Assembly: GCA_007123105.1 (NCBI GenBank)
Contig: SKNY01000013.1
Location: forward strand, 1 to 54,465
Origin: Salinarchaeum sp.
Lineage (GTDB): Archaea; Halobacteriota; Halobacteria; Halobacteriales; SKNY01
Direction of reading: 5' to 3'
DNA length: 54,465 bases
The notes under the pieces are model-generated. The model had not been told where the DNA came from. It did not search any database and saw only the letters and a list, made by a program, of their open reading frames with translations. This document shows positions 1 to 9,531 of the stretch, piece by piece (within the stretch, counting starts at the first letter, position 1; every line of letters begins with the position of its first letter). A program made the translations under genes and the position numbers.

Positions 1-440
1 CCTGGGCGTAACAATGCACAGGCGGCCTCAAACGCAACTGTAGCGAGGTGGACCGATCGTGCTTGATCGAGCGAATATTCGCCCGTCATCTCGGGAGCCA
101 TATCAGAGACGACCACATCGACGGTGCCGTCGGGGGTCACCTCACGTACGGCGTCGAGGGTGGCAGATTCGGTCACGTCCCCGCGTACCGTGGTGACGGT
201 CGCTGGCACGTCATCCGGCGCGGTGAATCGCTGTCGATCCACGCCGACGACGGTACCGGCCTCCCCGACCGCTCGAGCCGCGACCTGCATCCAACCACCA
301 GGCGCCGCGCCGAGATCGACGACCGTGTCTCCCGCGTCGAACAGGGCTTCGGCCTCGTCCAGCTGAATCAGCTTGTAGGCGGCCCGCGACCGGTATCCTT
401 CCTGTTTTGCTTTGTTGTAATACATGTCACGACGGGTCAT
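1..440 (-). CDS. rlmE: 23S rRNA 2'-O-methyltransferase RlmE/FtsJ (5' part only; runs off the window start)
   Basis: Not in the ORF track. Reading from ATG at 440 gives MTRRDMYYNKAKQEGYRSRAAYKLIQLDE...VVDLGAAPGGWMQV, the FtsJ N-terminus and SAM-binding motif. Confidence 0.92.
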   Translation of the reverse strand, partial: MTRRDMYYNKAKQEGYRSRAAYKLIQLDEAEALFDAGDTVVDLGAAPGGWMQVAARAVGEAGTVVGVDRQRFTAPDDVPATVTTVRGDVTESATLDAVREVTPDGTVDVVVSDMAPEMTGEYSLDQARSVHLATVAFEAACALLRP

Positions 441-667
441 CGATACCACACCTCACCGGCCGGTCTGGATTGGCGAGTTGATGCCACTGCAGCCGGATGC
501 ATATCTCGGGTGAGGGCATCGTCCCGGATAGGCACATCGGATGGATCCCATTGTAGTGCGTACCGGATCGTGGGCACCCGCCAACAGCCGAGTGAACCCG
601 CACGTCGCCGCAATTTCACGGTCGGACATAGGGTGACTTTTTAACTGCGGTGGACGTTCGATTCATC

Positions 668-1411
668 ATGTTTACGGCGATCGTTCGGGCGGATACGTTC
701 CAGGACGTGTTGGACGCCGTCGAAGCGCTGGTTGAGGAATGTAAGATCCATTTGGACGAGGACGGCCTCGGCATGCGCGCGACGGATCCGGCGACGGTCG
801 GCATGGTCGACGTCTGGCTGTCGGCCGAGGCATTCGAGTCATATGAAGCCGACGGTGGTGTCATCGGCGTGAATCTCACGCGGTTGTCCGACATCGCCGG
901 CATGGCAAGCGGTGACGATCTCATCCGCTTGCAGCTCGACGAGGCCACTGGAAAACTGCAGATCCAACTCGACGGCCTCGAGTACACCCTTGCCCTCATC
1001 GATCCCGATTCAATCCGCCAGGAACCGGACATTCCGGATCTCGATCTCCCGGCGACGGTCGTGCTCGAGGGTGCTGACATCAACCGGGCGGTTCGGGCGG
1101 CGGACATGGTCTCAGACCATGTGGCATTTGGCATCGACGACGAGGAGGAACACTTCTACGTCCATGCCGAGGGCGACACTGACGACGTCCACCTTGCGCT
1201 TGACGGCGAGGACGTCATCGACCTGGACATTGGTCCCGCCCATTCGCTGTTCAGTCTGGAATATCTGAAAAACATGAACGCGGCAATCGACGGCGATGCC
1301 GAAGTCATTATCGAACTCGGTGAGGATGTCCCCGTCAAGCTCACGTTCGAACTCGCCGAGGGGCAGGGCGATGTGCTGTACATGCTCGCCCCGCGAATCC
1401 AGAACACGTAG
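668..1411 (+). CDS. pcn: DNA polymerase sliding clamp PCNA
   Basis: [11 protein letters not shown]...DPATVGMV...SLFSLEYL...[15 protein letters not shown] box at about 638-644. Confidence 0.96.
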   Translation: MFTAIVRADTFQDVLDAVEALVEECKIHLDEDGLGMRATDPATVGMVDVWLSAEAFESYEADGGVIGVNLTRLSDIAGMASGDDLIRLQLDEATGKLQIQLDGLEYTLALIDPDSIRQEPDIPDLDLPATVVLEGADINRAVRAADMVSDHVAFGIDDEEEHFYVHAEGDTDDVHLALDGEDVIDLDIGPAHSLFSLEYLKNMNAAIDGDAEVIIELGEDVPVKLTFELAEGQGDVLYMLAPRIQNT

Positions 1412-1477
1412 TCGCAACGGCCAACTACCACCCCCGGCCAGCAACTTTTTCCCACCCTGCTCTCGAAGCATGCAGTG

Positions 1478-2527
1478 ATGGATGCGGTCGCCGCACGGTA
1501 CCCGTTTCTCGCTGTCGCCCGTACGGCAGTCAAGGAGGCGGATGTCGACCTCGGCGCGGTCGTTCAGGCAGCGGATTCGCCGATCCTTGCACGGGCCGTC
1601 GAGCGGGTCGAGGGTGCGATCCGGGACGGCCGCGTCCCGGACCCGGTGGCCGATCACGAGGTCGAACTCCTCTCCTATCCAATGGCGCGGGTCTTGGTAT
1701 CCTTAATCAATGAATCCGTGCTCACCGACCGGTACGCTCTTGCCGAGGCCAGACGGGCCATGGATCTACTGGCCTCCGATCGTGAAACTGCGGGGCTACG
1801 CAGCACCGGCACGCAATCGCTGGATCGAGAGAACCTCCTCGCTGAACTCGAACTTACAGATCAGCTCGTCGTCGAGGATGATGGGTATTCGATGGCCGTC
1901 ACCGCATACTTGCGGCTGATTAGCGCCCTCCGTGATTCTTCGTGGCGACTCGTCGATCGACGGCTGACAACGGGTTGGGTCCGCATCGATGAAGACGAAC
2001 TCGACATCTTACTTCGCGAAGCGATCCGACATCGCGTCCGCGTTGATCTCCCACTCGAGGTTCCCGACGAGATCGCCAACGAGCTCACAGCCCAGGTCGA
2101 TGCCATCGGCAATATGCTGGCCGATGTCCGGCTGCCAACGGATATCGACATCGTCAGTCCAGCACAATTTCCGCCGTGTATTGCAGCGTTAGTCGAGCAG
2201 GCCCGGGCAGGTCATTCTCTCGGCCCGGTCGAACGGTTCACACTTGTGGCGTTCCTTCGAGCGATCGGTCTGGCCACAGCGGACCTCCCGTCATTCCTCG
2301 AGGTGGATTCCACCAGTGAGGAACGCACGCTTTTGTATACCGCCTCCCGGGTCTGTGGTGAGAGTAGTGCAACCGCATACCCCCCGCCGATGTGCGAGAC
2401 GCTCGAGATGTTAGGCGTATGTGTCGACGCTGACGATCGATGTATGGATGTGGGACACCCACTACTCGGGTATCACCGCCGCATCACAGCTGCACCAGAC
2501 GTCACGGATTGGCGAGAGGAGCCGTAA
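1478..2527 (+). CDS. priL: DNA primase large subunit PriL
   Basis: ARYPF, ELLSYP.ARVLVSL, FPPC and YPPPMC...C...C..HPL Fe-S cysteine pattern; follows pcn. Confidence 0.88.
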   Translation: MDAVAARYPFLAVARTAVKEADVDLGAVVQAADSPILARAVERVEGAIRDGRVPDPVADHEVELLSYPMARVLVSLINESVLTDRYALAEARRAMDLLASDRETAGLRSTGTQSLDRENLLAELELTDQLVVEDDGYSMAVTAYLRLISALRDSSWRLVDRRLTTGWVRIDEDELDILLREAIRHRVRVDLPLEVPDEIANELTAQVDAIGNMLADVRLPTDIDIVSPAQFPPCIAALVEQARAGHSLGPVERFTLVAFLRAIGLATADLPSFLEVDSTSEERTLLYTASRVCGESSATAYPPPMCETLEMLGVCVDADDRCMDVGHPLLGYHRRITAAPDVTDWREEP

Positions 2528-2648
2528 CTCCGGACCTGCACCGGCGATCTGGTGGGATCCCCCCGGAACCGAACGACGGCTGCCGCCAGTGCTCTGCACC
2601 TTGATCTTTTCCCCACAACTCAAGTCGTTGACTTTCGCATACTCGCTG

Positions 2649-2873
2649 TCACTCAACAGCGTCATCGCGATGCAACCAATACGCCAGTGCAATCCCGACC
2701 CCTGCCATGACGAGCACGAACGCCAGGATCGCGCCGACGATGGCTAATCCGCCGTCCGGTCCAAGCCCATCCTGTCCGAACTGATCGCCAACACCGATAA
2801 CCAAGACGATGAACAATCCAACGACGAGCACGGAGACGACAATTTCGATGATCCGCGCCCGCTCGATCTCCAT
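2649..2873 (-). CDS. Small two-TM membrane protein (haloarchaeal conserved hypothetical)
   Basis: MEIERARIIEIVVSVLVVGLFIVLV...GGLAIVGAILAFVLVMAGVG: two hydrophobic helices. Confidence 0.7.
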   Translation of the reverse strand: MEIERARIIEIVVSVLVVGLFIVLVIGVGDQFGQDGLGPDGGLAIVGAILAFVLVMAGVGIALAYWLHRDDAVE

Positions 2874-2947
2874 GGTGTGGGTTCCGACGGCTTGCTCAAA
2901 AGGGCTTCGAGAAGCTGCCCCGAGTTTTCTCACCGGTCACGAGCGCC

Positions 2948-3346
2948 TCAGGCGGCACGACCAACCAGCTCTGCAAACGACTCACCGTGTCCGATTGCCT
3001 GTTCTTTTTTCACCCGATAATTGCCACCGTCAGTCACGTGGAGTTCACCGGGATGGAAGAAATACCAATCCTCTCGATCGAATCTGACCCCGATCCTGGC
3101 CTTCGCCCCGAAGTTTCGTGAAAAATACACGAGCGCTTCGACCTCTTCGCCCGTCAAGTAGATCGGGTTGCCGGCGCTCGATTTCACCTCGATCGCATAG
3201 AACGTTTCGCCGTTACCTGCCAACACGTCGGGGAGTTCTCGTTGTGTCGCGCTTCCGCTGGCGGGTGCGCGCATCACGGCGAATCCTGCCTCGTCAAGGG
3301 CGTTTACGAGTTCGCGCTCGCGACGGTCGCCCTTCGCTTGCGACAT
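2948..3346 (-). CDS. hjc: Holliday junction resolvase Hjc
   Basis: [19 protein letters not shown] and EVK motifs of the PD-(D/E)xK fold. Confidence 0.95.
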   Translation of the reverse strand: MSQAKGDRRERELVNALDEAGFAVMRAPASGSATQRELPDVLAGNGETFYAIEVKSSAGNPIYLTGEEVEALVYFSRNFGAKARIGVRFDREDWYFFHPGELHVTDGGNYRVKKEQAIGHGESFAELVGRAA

Positions 3347-3439
3347 TGATCTCAGTTCTCCGTGACCGTATTAAACCCATTCGACAAGGTTGTGGCATGG
3401 TGGGTCGATGCCACGGTGTTCGGTTAGTCGATCACGCCG

Positions 3440-4219
3440 CTAGATCATGCCGATCGGCGTCACCATCTGTCCGGGATTTACCCCGGCAAGCAGGGCCGCA
3501 AGGTAGATCAAGAGCACGAACCCGTTCATCGCCGCGTGGACGACGATGGGTACGAGCAAGTTGCCGGAGCGGACGTACGTGTACCCGAAGATCACCGATC
3601 CACCGAACAGGATCACCAGGGACGTGACCGTTGCCGTCAATTCGGCTGCCTGAGGGACGAACATCGGCACGTGAATGAGTGTAAACAGAATACTCGCCGC
3701 CACGATCGCCCCCCAATCGGAGAAGACCTCGGCGAATCGTTTCTGGATCACGTTTCGAAACAGAAATTCCTCGGCGGGCGCGTTGAAGAATGCGACCAGG
3801 ATCAGCATCATCAAGACCATCATCACGTCGTCCCCGAGGACCGCCACCACGTCGCTGTCCGCGGCCGGGACGTTCAGGAGCTGAATGATAATGCTGGCGC
3901 CGATGTAGTAGCCGATAATCAGCGCCACGCCGATGCCCATCCAGACCAGATCGCGTCGATTGGGCACCCGGAGGTCGATCCACCCCCATCCCCGACCGGT
4001 CGCCCAGATGTAGAGCAGTCCTGCCAACGCCATGCCCACAAACTGCAGGGCAATCGCGAGTGTGCGACCGAAGACAGTTGCATCGGCCAGTGAGACGAGC
4101 AACGTCGGGTCGATGAAGATGGCAGGAATCGAGACGACCATCATCAATAACAACGCCAGCACGGTGACCCCCACGCCGGCGAGAACCGCGGTAACCGATC
4201 GACGGGTACGAGAGAGCAT
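3440..4219 (-). CDS. CPBP/CAAX family intramembrane glutamic endopeptidase
   Basis: Multiple TM helices; EEFLFR, FTLIH and HAAMN motifs. Confidence 0.9.
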   Translation of the reverse strand: MLSRTRRSVTAVLAGVGVTVLALLLMMVVSIPAIFIDPTLLVSLADATVFGRTLAIALQFVGMALAGLLYIWATGRGWGWIDLRVPNRRDLVWMGIGVALIIGYYIGASIIIQLLNVPAADSDVVAVLGDDVMMVLMMLILVAFFNAPAEEFLFRNVIQKRFAEVFSDWGAIVAASILFTLIHVPMFVPQAAELTATVTSLVILFGGSVIFGYTYVRSGNLLVPIVVHAAMNGFVLLIYLAALLAGVNPGQMVTPIGMI

Positions 4220-4269
4220 GGCGGACGATACCTGTCAGTTCGTGACCGCGGGTAATACTCCTGTTGCTA

Positions 4270-5553
4270 CTAGGTCCCGTGGTCCCAACGGTCGAGGTAC
4301 TCGCGCTGGGTTGGGCTGAGTTCGTCGTGTTCGATCCCCTCGGCCGCAAGCTTGATTTCAGCGATGTGGCGATCGAGCTCGTCGGGGACGGGGTGCACCC
4401 CCGACTCGTAACTCCCGTGGTTGGCGACGAGCTCCTCGGCACAGGCCGCCTGAACCCCGAAGCTCTGATCCATTACTTCGATTGCGTGTCCCAACGCCAC
4501 CGGCGTTGCCAGGTTGACCAGTCGTCCCTCGGCCAGCACGTTCACCTCTCGCCCGTCCGGCAGTCGATAGGCGGTGATCCCATCCCTGACGGCACGACTA
4601 TCTACGGCGTACTCGGCCAACCCCTCGAGGTCGATCTCGATGTCGAAGTGGCCGGCGTTCGCAAGTACGGCGCCGTCCTGCATCTCCCGGAAAACGTCGA
4701 GGGTGATCACGTCCCGGTTGCCGGTCGTGGTCAGAAAGAGGTCGCCTTCGGCGGCCGCGTCGACCATCGGCATCACCTCGAACCCTTCCATGTGTGCCTC
4801 GAGGGCGCGGCGCGGCTCGACCTCCGTTACGATTACCCGCGCGTTCTGGCCGGCCGCTTTCTTCGCGACGCCTTTGCCACAATGGCCATAGCCGGCGACG
4901 ACGACCGTCGAACCGGCCCAGGAGAGATTCGTCGTCATCGCGATCGAGGCAAGCGATGACTCGCCCGTCCCGTGGATGTTGTCGAACAGCTGCTTCATCG
5001 GGGTATCGTTCACCGCGATCATCGGATATTCGAGCGCACCGTCGGCCGCCATAGCCCGCAACCGATGCACGCCAGTCGTCGTCTCCTCGCATCCGCCGAT
5101 GACGTCCGAGAGCCGTTCCGGGTAGTGTTCGTGCAGTCTAAACACGAGATCGCCGCCATCGTCAATCGTCACCTCCGGTCCGGCCTCGATCACCGCATCA
5201 ATTGCTGCGTAGTACTCCGATTCGTCCACACCCCGTTTTGCATAACAGGTGACGCCATCGACCGCGTCGAGGGCCGCACTCACGTCGTCGTGGGTCGACA
5301 ACGGATTACAGCCAGTGATCGCGACGCTCGCGCCAGCGGCCGCCAGCGTCTCCGTGAGCACGGCCGTCTTGGCCTCGACGTGCATCGCCATCCCCACGGT
5401 CCATCCCTCGAGCGGTCGTTCGTTTTCGACTCGTTCGCGGATCGCCGCCAGAATGGGCATGTGCGAGCGCGCCCACGCGATTTTGTCCGCGCCGGACGAG
5501 CGCGCCTCGCCGGCGTCGTCGAGTTGGGAGCTGATCGAGTCGTAACTGCTCAT
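4270..5553 (-). CDS. ahcY: Adenosylhomocysteinase family (probably S-inosylhomocysteine-preferring)
   Basis: GCNPLSTHDDV, EETTTG, FDNIHGTGES, GYGHCGKG, GRLVNL motifs; HVEAK at residues 58-62. Confidence 0.95.
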   Translation of the reverse strand: MSSYDSISSQLDDAGEARSSGADKIAWARSHMPILAAIRERVENERPLEGWTVGMAMHVEAKTAVLTETLAAAGASVAITGCNPLSTHDDVSAALDAVDGVTCYAKRGVDESEYYAAIDAVIEAGPEVTIDDGGDLVFRLHEHYPERLSDVIGGCEETTTGVHRLRAMAADGALEYPMIAVNDTPMKQLFDNIHGTGESSLASIAMTTNLSWAGSTVVVAGYGHCGKGVAKKAAGQNARVIVTEVEPRRALEAHMEGFEVMPMVDAAAEGDLFLTTTGNRDVITLDVFREMQDGAVLANAGHFDIEIDLEGLAEYAVDSRAVRDGITAYRLPDGREVNVLAEGRLVNLATPVALGHAIEVMDQSFGVQAACAEELVANHGSYESGVHPVPDELDRHIAEIKLAAEGIEHDELSPTQREYLDRWDHGT

Positions 5554-5576
5554 GGCGGTACTGGTGGCACCGCGTC

Positions 5577-6878
5577 CTAAACGCTACCGTTCGCTCGCGC
5601 AAGGAGGGTTTCGGCACGTCGTCGTGCCGCCCGGATCGTCGCCCGTTCGTCGAGTGAGAGCACGGTCCGGTCGCGCATCAACACCCGGCCAGCACAGATC
5701 GTGTGCCGGACGTCCGCACCGCGTGCGGCGTACACCAGATGGCTCAGGAGATCGTGGGCGGGCGTGAGGTGGGGTCGATCGAGGGCAAGGACGGCGAGGT
5801 CCGCTGGTGCACCCGGCTCGATCCGGCCGGTGGCGAGACCGAGCAGGTCGGCACCGCCGGCGGTTGCCGCGGTAAACGTCGTAGCCGCGTCCATGGCGGC
5901 GGCGTCGTCGGCTGCAAGCTTCCCCAGCATGGCGGCGTCGCGGAGCTCATCGAACATGTCGAGATCGTTGTTCGACGCTGCTCCGTCGGTCCCGATGCCG
6001 ACCCCGACACCGGCGTCGAGGAGTTGCTGGACCGGTGCCATTCCGCTCGCGAGTTTCATGTTCGAGGCGGGACAGTGTGCCACTCCAGTCCCCCGATCGG
6101 CGAGCAGGTCGATTTCTTCGTTGTCGACATGCACGCCGTGGGCAATCCATGATGTGTCGGTCAGGAGGCCGCGCTCGTCGGCGTAAACGAGCGGTCGGCG
6201 GCCGTGCTCCTCGACGATCGGATCGACCTCGTCCCGTGTCTCGTTGGCGTGAAAATGAATCGGCAGGCCCGCCTGGTGGGCCCGGGGGACGTACCGATCG
6301 AGATACTCGGTTCCTACCGTCGTCAGCGCGTGGGGTTGAAAGGACGTCCGGATCCGTCCGTCCGCCGCGTCTTCATATTCGAGGGCGACCGCCAGGCTCT
6401 CCTCGAGATCTGCGAGCGCCGCCGCCTCGTCCTTGCCAACCGTGATCGCCGTGTGGCCGATCACCCCCCGGATGCCGGCCTCCTCGACGGCACGAGCGAT
6501 CTGTGGGACGTGGAAGTACATGTCCGCGAACGCGGTTGTCCCCGACTTGATCATCTCCAGCAAGCCAAGGCGCGCACCCGCGAAGACATCGGCCGGGCGG
6601 AGTTCGGCTTCCAGCGGCCAAATGTCCTCGCTGAGCCACCGGTCGAGCTGCTTGTCATCGGCAATCCCGCGAAACAGCGTCATCGCCACGTGGCAGTGGG
6701 CGTTGACCAGCCCGGGAACGATGAGCTGCTCGGTCGCGTCGATCGTCTCGTCACCGGTACCCACGTCGGTCCCCACCGCGAGGATCGAACCTGCCTCCTG
6801 ATCGATCAGCACGTCCGCCTCGTGGACCTCCATTGCCGGCGTGAGGACGCGTCCGCCGCGGATCGCCAAGGTTCCCAT
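5577..6878 (-). CDS. MTA/SAH (5'-deoxyadenosine) deaminase, amidohydrolase family
   Basis: [36 protein letters not shown] motifs; directly upstream of ahcY on the same strand. Confidence 0.85.
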   Translation of the reverse strand: MGTLAIRGGRVLTPAMEVHEADVLIDQEAGSILAVGTDVGTGDETIDATEQLIVPGLVNAHCHVAMTLFRGIADDKQLDRWLSEDIWPLEAELRPADVFAGARLGLLEMIKSGTTAFADMYFHVPQIARAVEEAGIRGVIGHTAITVGKDEAAALADLEESLAVALEYEDAADGRIRTSFQPHALTTVGTEYLDRYVPRAHQAGLPIHFHANETRDEVDPIVEEHGRRPLVYADERGLLTDTSWIAHGVHVDNEEIDLLADRGTGVAHCPASNMKLASGMAPVQQLLDAGVGVGIGTDGAASNNDLDMFDELRDAAMLGKLAADDAAAMDAATTFTAATAGGADLLGLATGRIEPGAPADLAVLALDRPHLTPAHDLLSHLVYAARGADVRHTICAGRVLMRDRTVLSLDERATIRAARRRAETLLARANGSV

Positions 6879-6961
6879 CGGTGGCTGTTCGACCCGGTAC
6901 CAAAAAACCATCCCGGGTCGGAAAGGAAAGACGCATCCGGATGGGGCGAGACCGCCAATAC

Positions 6962-7810
6962 ATGCGTATCGCGGTCCCCAACAAGGGTCGACTCCACGAT
7001 CCATCGATTGAACTTCTAGAGCGCGCGGGACTGCACGTCACGGACGGAGCAGACCGGAAGCTGTACGCGGAGACGATTGACCCGGACATCAGTGTCCTGT
7101 TCGTCCGGGCGGCCGATATTCCCGAGTACGTCGCCGACGGCGCAGCAGAACTGGGCGTGACGGGTCTCGATATGGTTCAGGAGGCCGGAGTCGAACACGT
7201 AGCACCGCTGTTGGATCTCGAGTTCGGTCGCTGCCGGATCGTGCTTGCTGCTCCCGAAGATGGCCCCGTCACGTCGGTCGACGATCTGGCCGGCCGGACA
7301 GTGGCAACGGAATTTCCTAACCTCACACGATCTTACTTCTCGGATGCCGGGGTCGACCCAACGATCATTACGGTCTCCGGCGCGACGGAACTGACGCCGC
7401 ACGTCGATATGGCCGACGCCATCGTCGACATCACGAGTACCGGCACTACTCTCCGGATGAATCGTCTCGCGATCGTCGACGAGGTGCTCGAAAGTTCCGT
7501 TCACCTGATCGCACACGAGACCGTCCGCGACGATCCAAAAATTCAAGAGATCGAGACGGCCTTTCAGGCCGTCCTGTCGGCCGACGGCAAACGGTACTTG
7601 ATGTTGAATGCCCCGGAGGAACACCTCGATGCGATCCGTGACGTCATTCCGGGGCTTGGCGGCCCGACCGTCATGGACATTGCCGGTGATGGGATGGTGG
7701 CCGTTCATGCCGTCGTCGACGAGCGAGACGTCTTCCAAACCATCAACGAAATCAAACAGCTCGGTGCCAGTGGGATCCTCGTCACGGAGATCGAACGCAT
7801 GATCGAGTGA
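6962..7810 (+). CDS. hisG: ATP phosphoribosyltransferase (long form)
   Basis: [25 protein letters not shown]-terminal regulatory domain (GPTV...GILV). Confidence 0.96.
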   Translation: MRIAVPNKGRLHDPSIELLERAGLHVTDGADRKLYAETIDPDISVLFVRAADIPEYVADGAAELGVTGLDMVQEAGVEHVAPLLDLEFGRCRIVLAAPEDGPVTSVDDLAGRTVATEFPNLTRSYFSDAGVDPTIITVSGATELTPHVDMADAIVDITSTGTTLRMNRLAIVDEVLESSVHLIAHETVRDDPKIQEIETAFQAVLSADGKRYLMLNAPEEHLDAIRDVIPGLGGPTVMDIAGDGMVAVHAVVDERDVFQTINEIKQLGASGILVTEIERMIE

Positions 7811-7873
7811 TCGGGTCCACCGTCTGTGCCACCGGATACCCGATCGACCACTGCCGCAGCCGGACTTGGCTCC

Positions 7874-8437
7874 TTACGATTCCAGCAGGCCGAGGTTCGA
7901 GAGTTGTGAGGTAATCTTATCTACGGCGTGTTCGGCGTCAACCGGCTGCTTACCGCCGGTGATGACGAGCTTCCCGCTGCCGAAGAGCAGTGCCACGACC
8001 GATGGTTCGTCAAGCCGATAGACGAGTCCCGGGAACTGTTCCGGTTCGTACTCGGTGTTCTCTAGGCCGAGGCCCACCGCGATGGCGTTGAGATTCAAAT
8101 TTACCCCGAGGTCTGCGCTCGTTACGATGTTCTGGACGACGATCTCGGGATCGTCGTCGACTTCGATCTGGAGTTCGCGGAGTTTATCGAAGACGATCTG
8201 GAGGCTCTCGTGGACGTCTTCGGTGCTTTTTGCGCCGGTACACACGATCTTTCCCGACCGGAAGATGAGGGCTGCTGACTTTGGATGTTGGGTCCGGTAG
8301 ACGAGGCCGGGGAACTGTTCGGGATCGTAATCGGCACCTTCGAGGTCCATCGCTACGCTCTGGAGATCGAGCTCCTGGCCGATGCCGGTCGAGGCGACGA
8401 CGTTCTCGATGTTGATGGTTTCCTTGGGGTCGGTCAT
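7874..8437 (-). CDS. tbp: TATA-box-binding protein
   Basis: IENVVAS and two Y(D/E)PEQFPGLVYR repeats, LIFRSGKIVCTGAK. Confidence 0.97.
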   Translation of the reverse strand: MTDPKETINIENVVASTGIGQELDLQSVAMDLEGADYDPEQFPGLVYRTQHPKSAALIFRSGKIVCTGAKSTEDVHESLQIVFDKLRELQIEVDDDPEIVVQNIVTSADLGVNLNLNAIAVGLGLENTEYEPEQFPGLVYRLDEPSVVALLFGSGKLVITGGKQPVDAEHAVDKITSQLSNLGLLES

Positions 8438-8523
8438 CACGTACTTATAAAATTCTATTTAAGCCTTAAAAAGGTTGGTGACCGATCGGTACGCTGAACC
8501 CCATCGTCCCCGGAGGGCTCCCC

Positions 8524-9492
8524 GTGTACGTCCTGGAACTCGTCGGCGAGGACGACGCATTCGCCGCCTACGAGGCCGCCATGCTGGCCACGGATGTCGA
8601 GGTAGTCGACGCCGGCGTTGCGATGGCAACTGCGGTCGATCCGTACCTCGATCGCGCCGGCTTCACGCGTCGGATTATCGCGCACGAGGCCACGACCTCA
8701 CCTACCGTCGATGCCGTCTTCGAGGCGGTCGAGACCCTCGAGACCGAACGGACGGGCACGGTCGCTGTCAGAGCCCGTAGCATCCGTGGCGGCACCATCG
8801 ACACGGCCGCGGTCGAACGCACCGTCGGCGCGATCCTTGTCGACCGGGGCCTGGGGGTCGATCTCGAATCGCCCGATCACGAGTTCCACGTTCTCGTCTC
8901 ACGGACATCAGCGTATCTCGGCTGGCTCGTCGCTTCGGGTGCTGCCGACTTCGCCGCTCGGCGGCCGACGGATCGTCCGTTCTTCCAGCCTGGGAGCATG
9001 GCGCCGCGGCTCGCGCGGGCGCTGGTCATCATGGCCGGTGCCCGACCCGGTACGACGATCCTCGATCCGATGTGTGGCACTGGTGGCATCGTTCTGGAGG
9101 CGGCGCTCGTCGGTGCAACGGCCGTCGGCATGGATGTACAAGCACACATGGTGCGAGGCACCCGGGAGAACTGCCAGACGCTGGCTCCCGGGCGGACCGC
9201 CCACGTCAGTCGTGCGGACGTCACGCGATTACCCGTGTGCGCCGGCTCGGTTGACGGTATCGCATTCGATGCCCCGTACGGCCGCCAATCGCCCATCGCC
9301 TCCCGGGAAACCGGTGATCTCCTCACTGACGCACTCGATGCCGTCGGTGGTGTCACGGACGCAGCGGTCATCGTCACCGATGCCCCCCGGAAGGAGGCCA
9401 TCGCGGCGACCGGCTGGCGGGTGCGAGCACGGTTTCGTCGCCGCGTCCATCGTTCGTTGACACGGCACATCTATCATCTCGACGGGACGTGA
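8524..9492 (+). CDS. THUMP-domain tRNA G10 N2-methyltransferase (Trm11/TrmG10-like)
   Basis: RPFFQPGSM.PRLARA, LDPMCGTGG, DAPYG, VHRSLTR; GTG start. Confidence 0.85.
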   Translation: MYVLELVGEDDAFAAYEAAMLATDVEVVDAGVAMATAVDPYLDRAGFTRRIIAHEATTSPTVDAVFEAVETLETERTGTVAVRARSIRGGTIDTAAVERTVGAILVDRGLGVDLESPDHEFHVLVSRTSAYLGWLVASGAADFAARRPTDRPFFQPGSMAPRLARALVIMAGARPGTTILDPMCGTGGIVLEAALVGATAVGMDVQAHMVRGTRENCQTLAPGRTAHVSRADVTRLPVCAGSVDGIAFDAPYGRQSPIASRETGDLLTDALDAVGGVTDAAVIVTDAPRKEAIAATGWRVRARFRRRVHRSLTRHIYHLDGT

Positions 9493-9531
9493 TGGGCACG
9501 TTTTTGCTCGTGACCCTGCCATATTGCGATC

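Noticed and set aside
48..644. 198-aa plus-strand ORF and 60-aa minus-strand ORF 437-619
   Set aside because: The first is the antisense shadow of rlmE. The second is basic, motif-free and starts within the pcn promoter region, despite its stop overlapping the rlmE ATG.
2549..2570. Imperfect palindrome around GGGATCCC after priL
   Set aside because: Short GC-rich hairpin likely by chance; at most a terminator between convergent genes.
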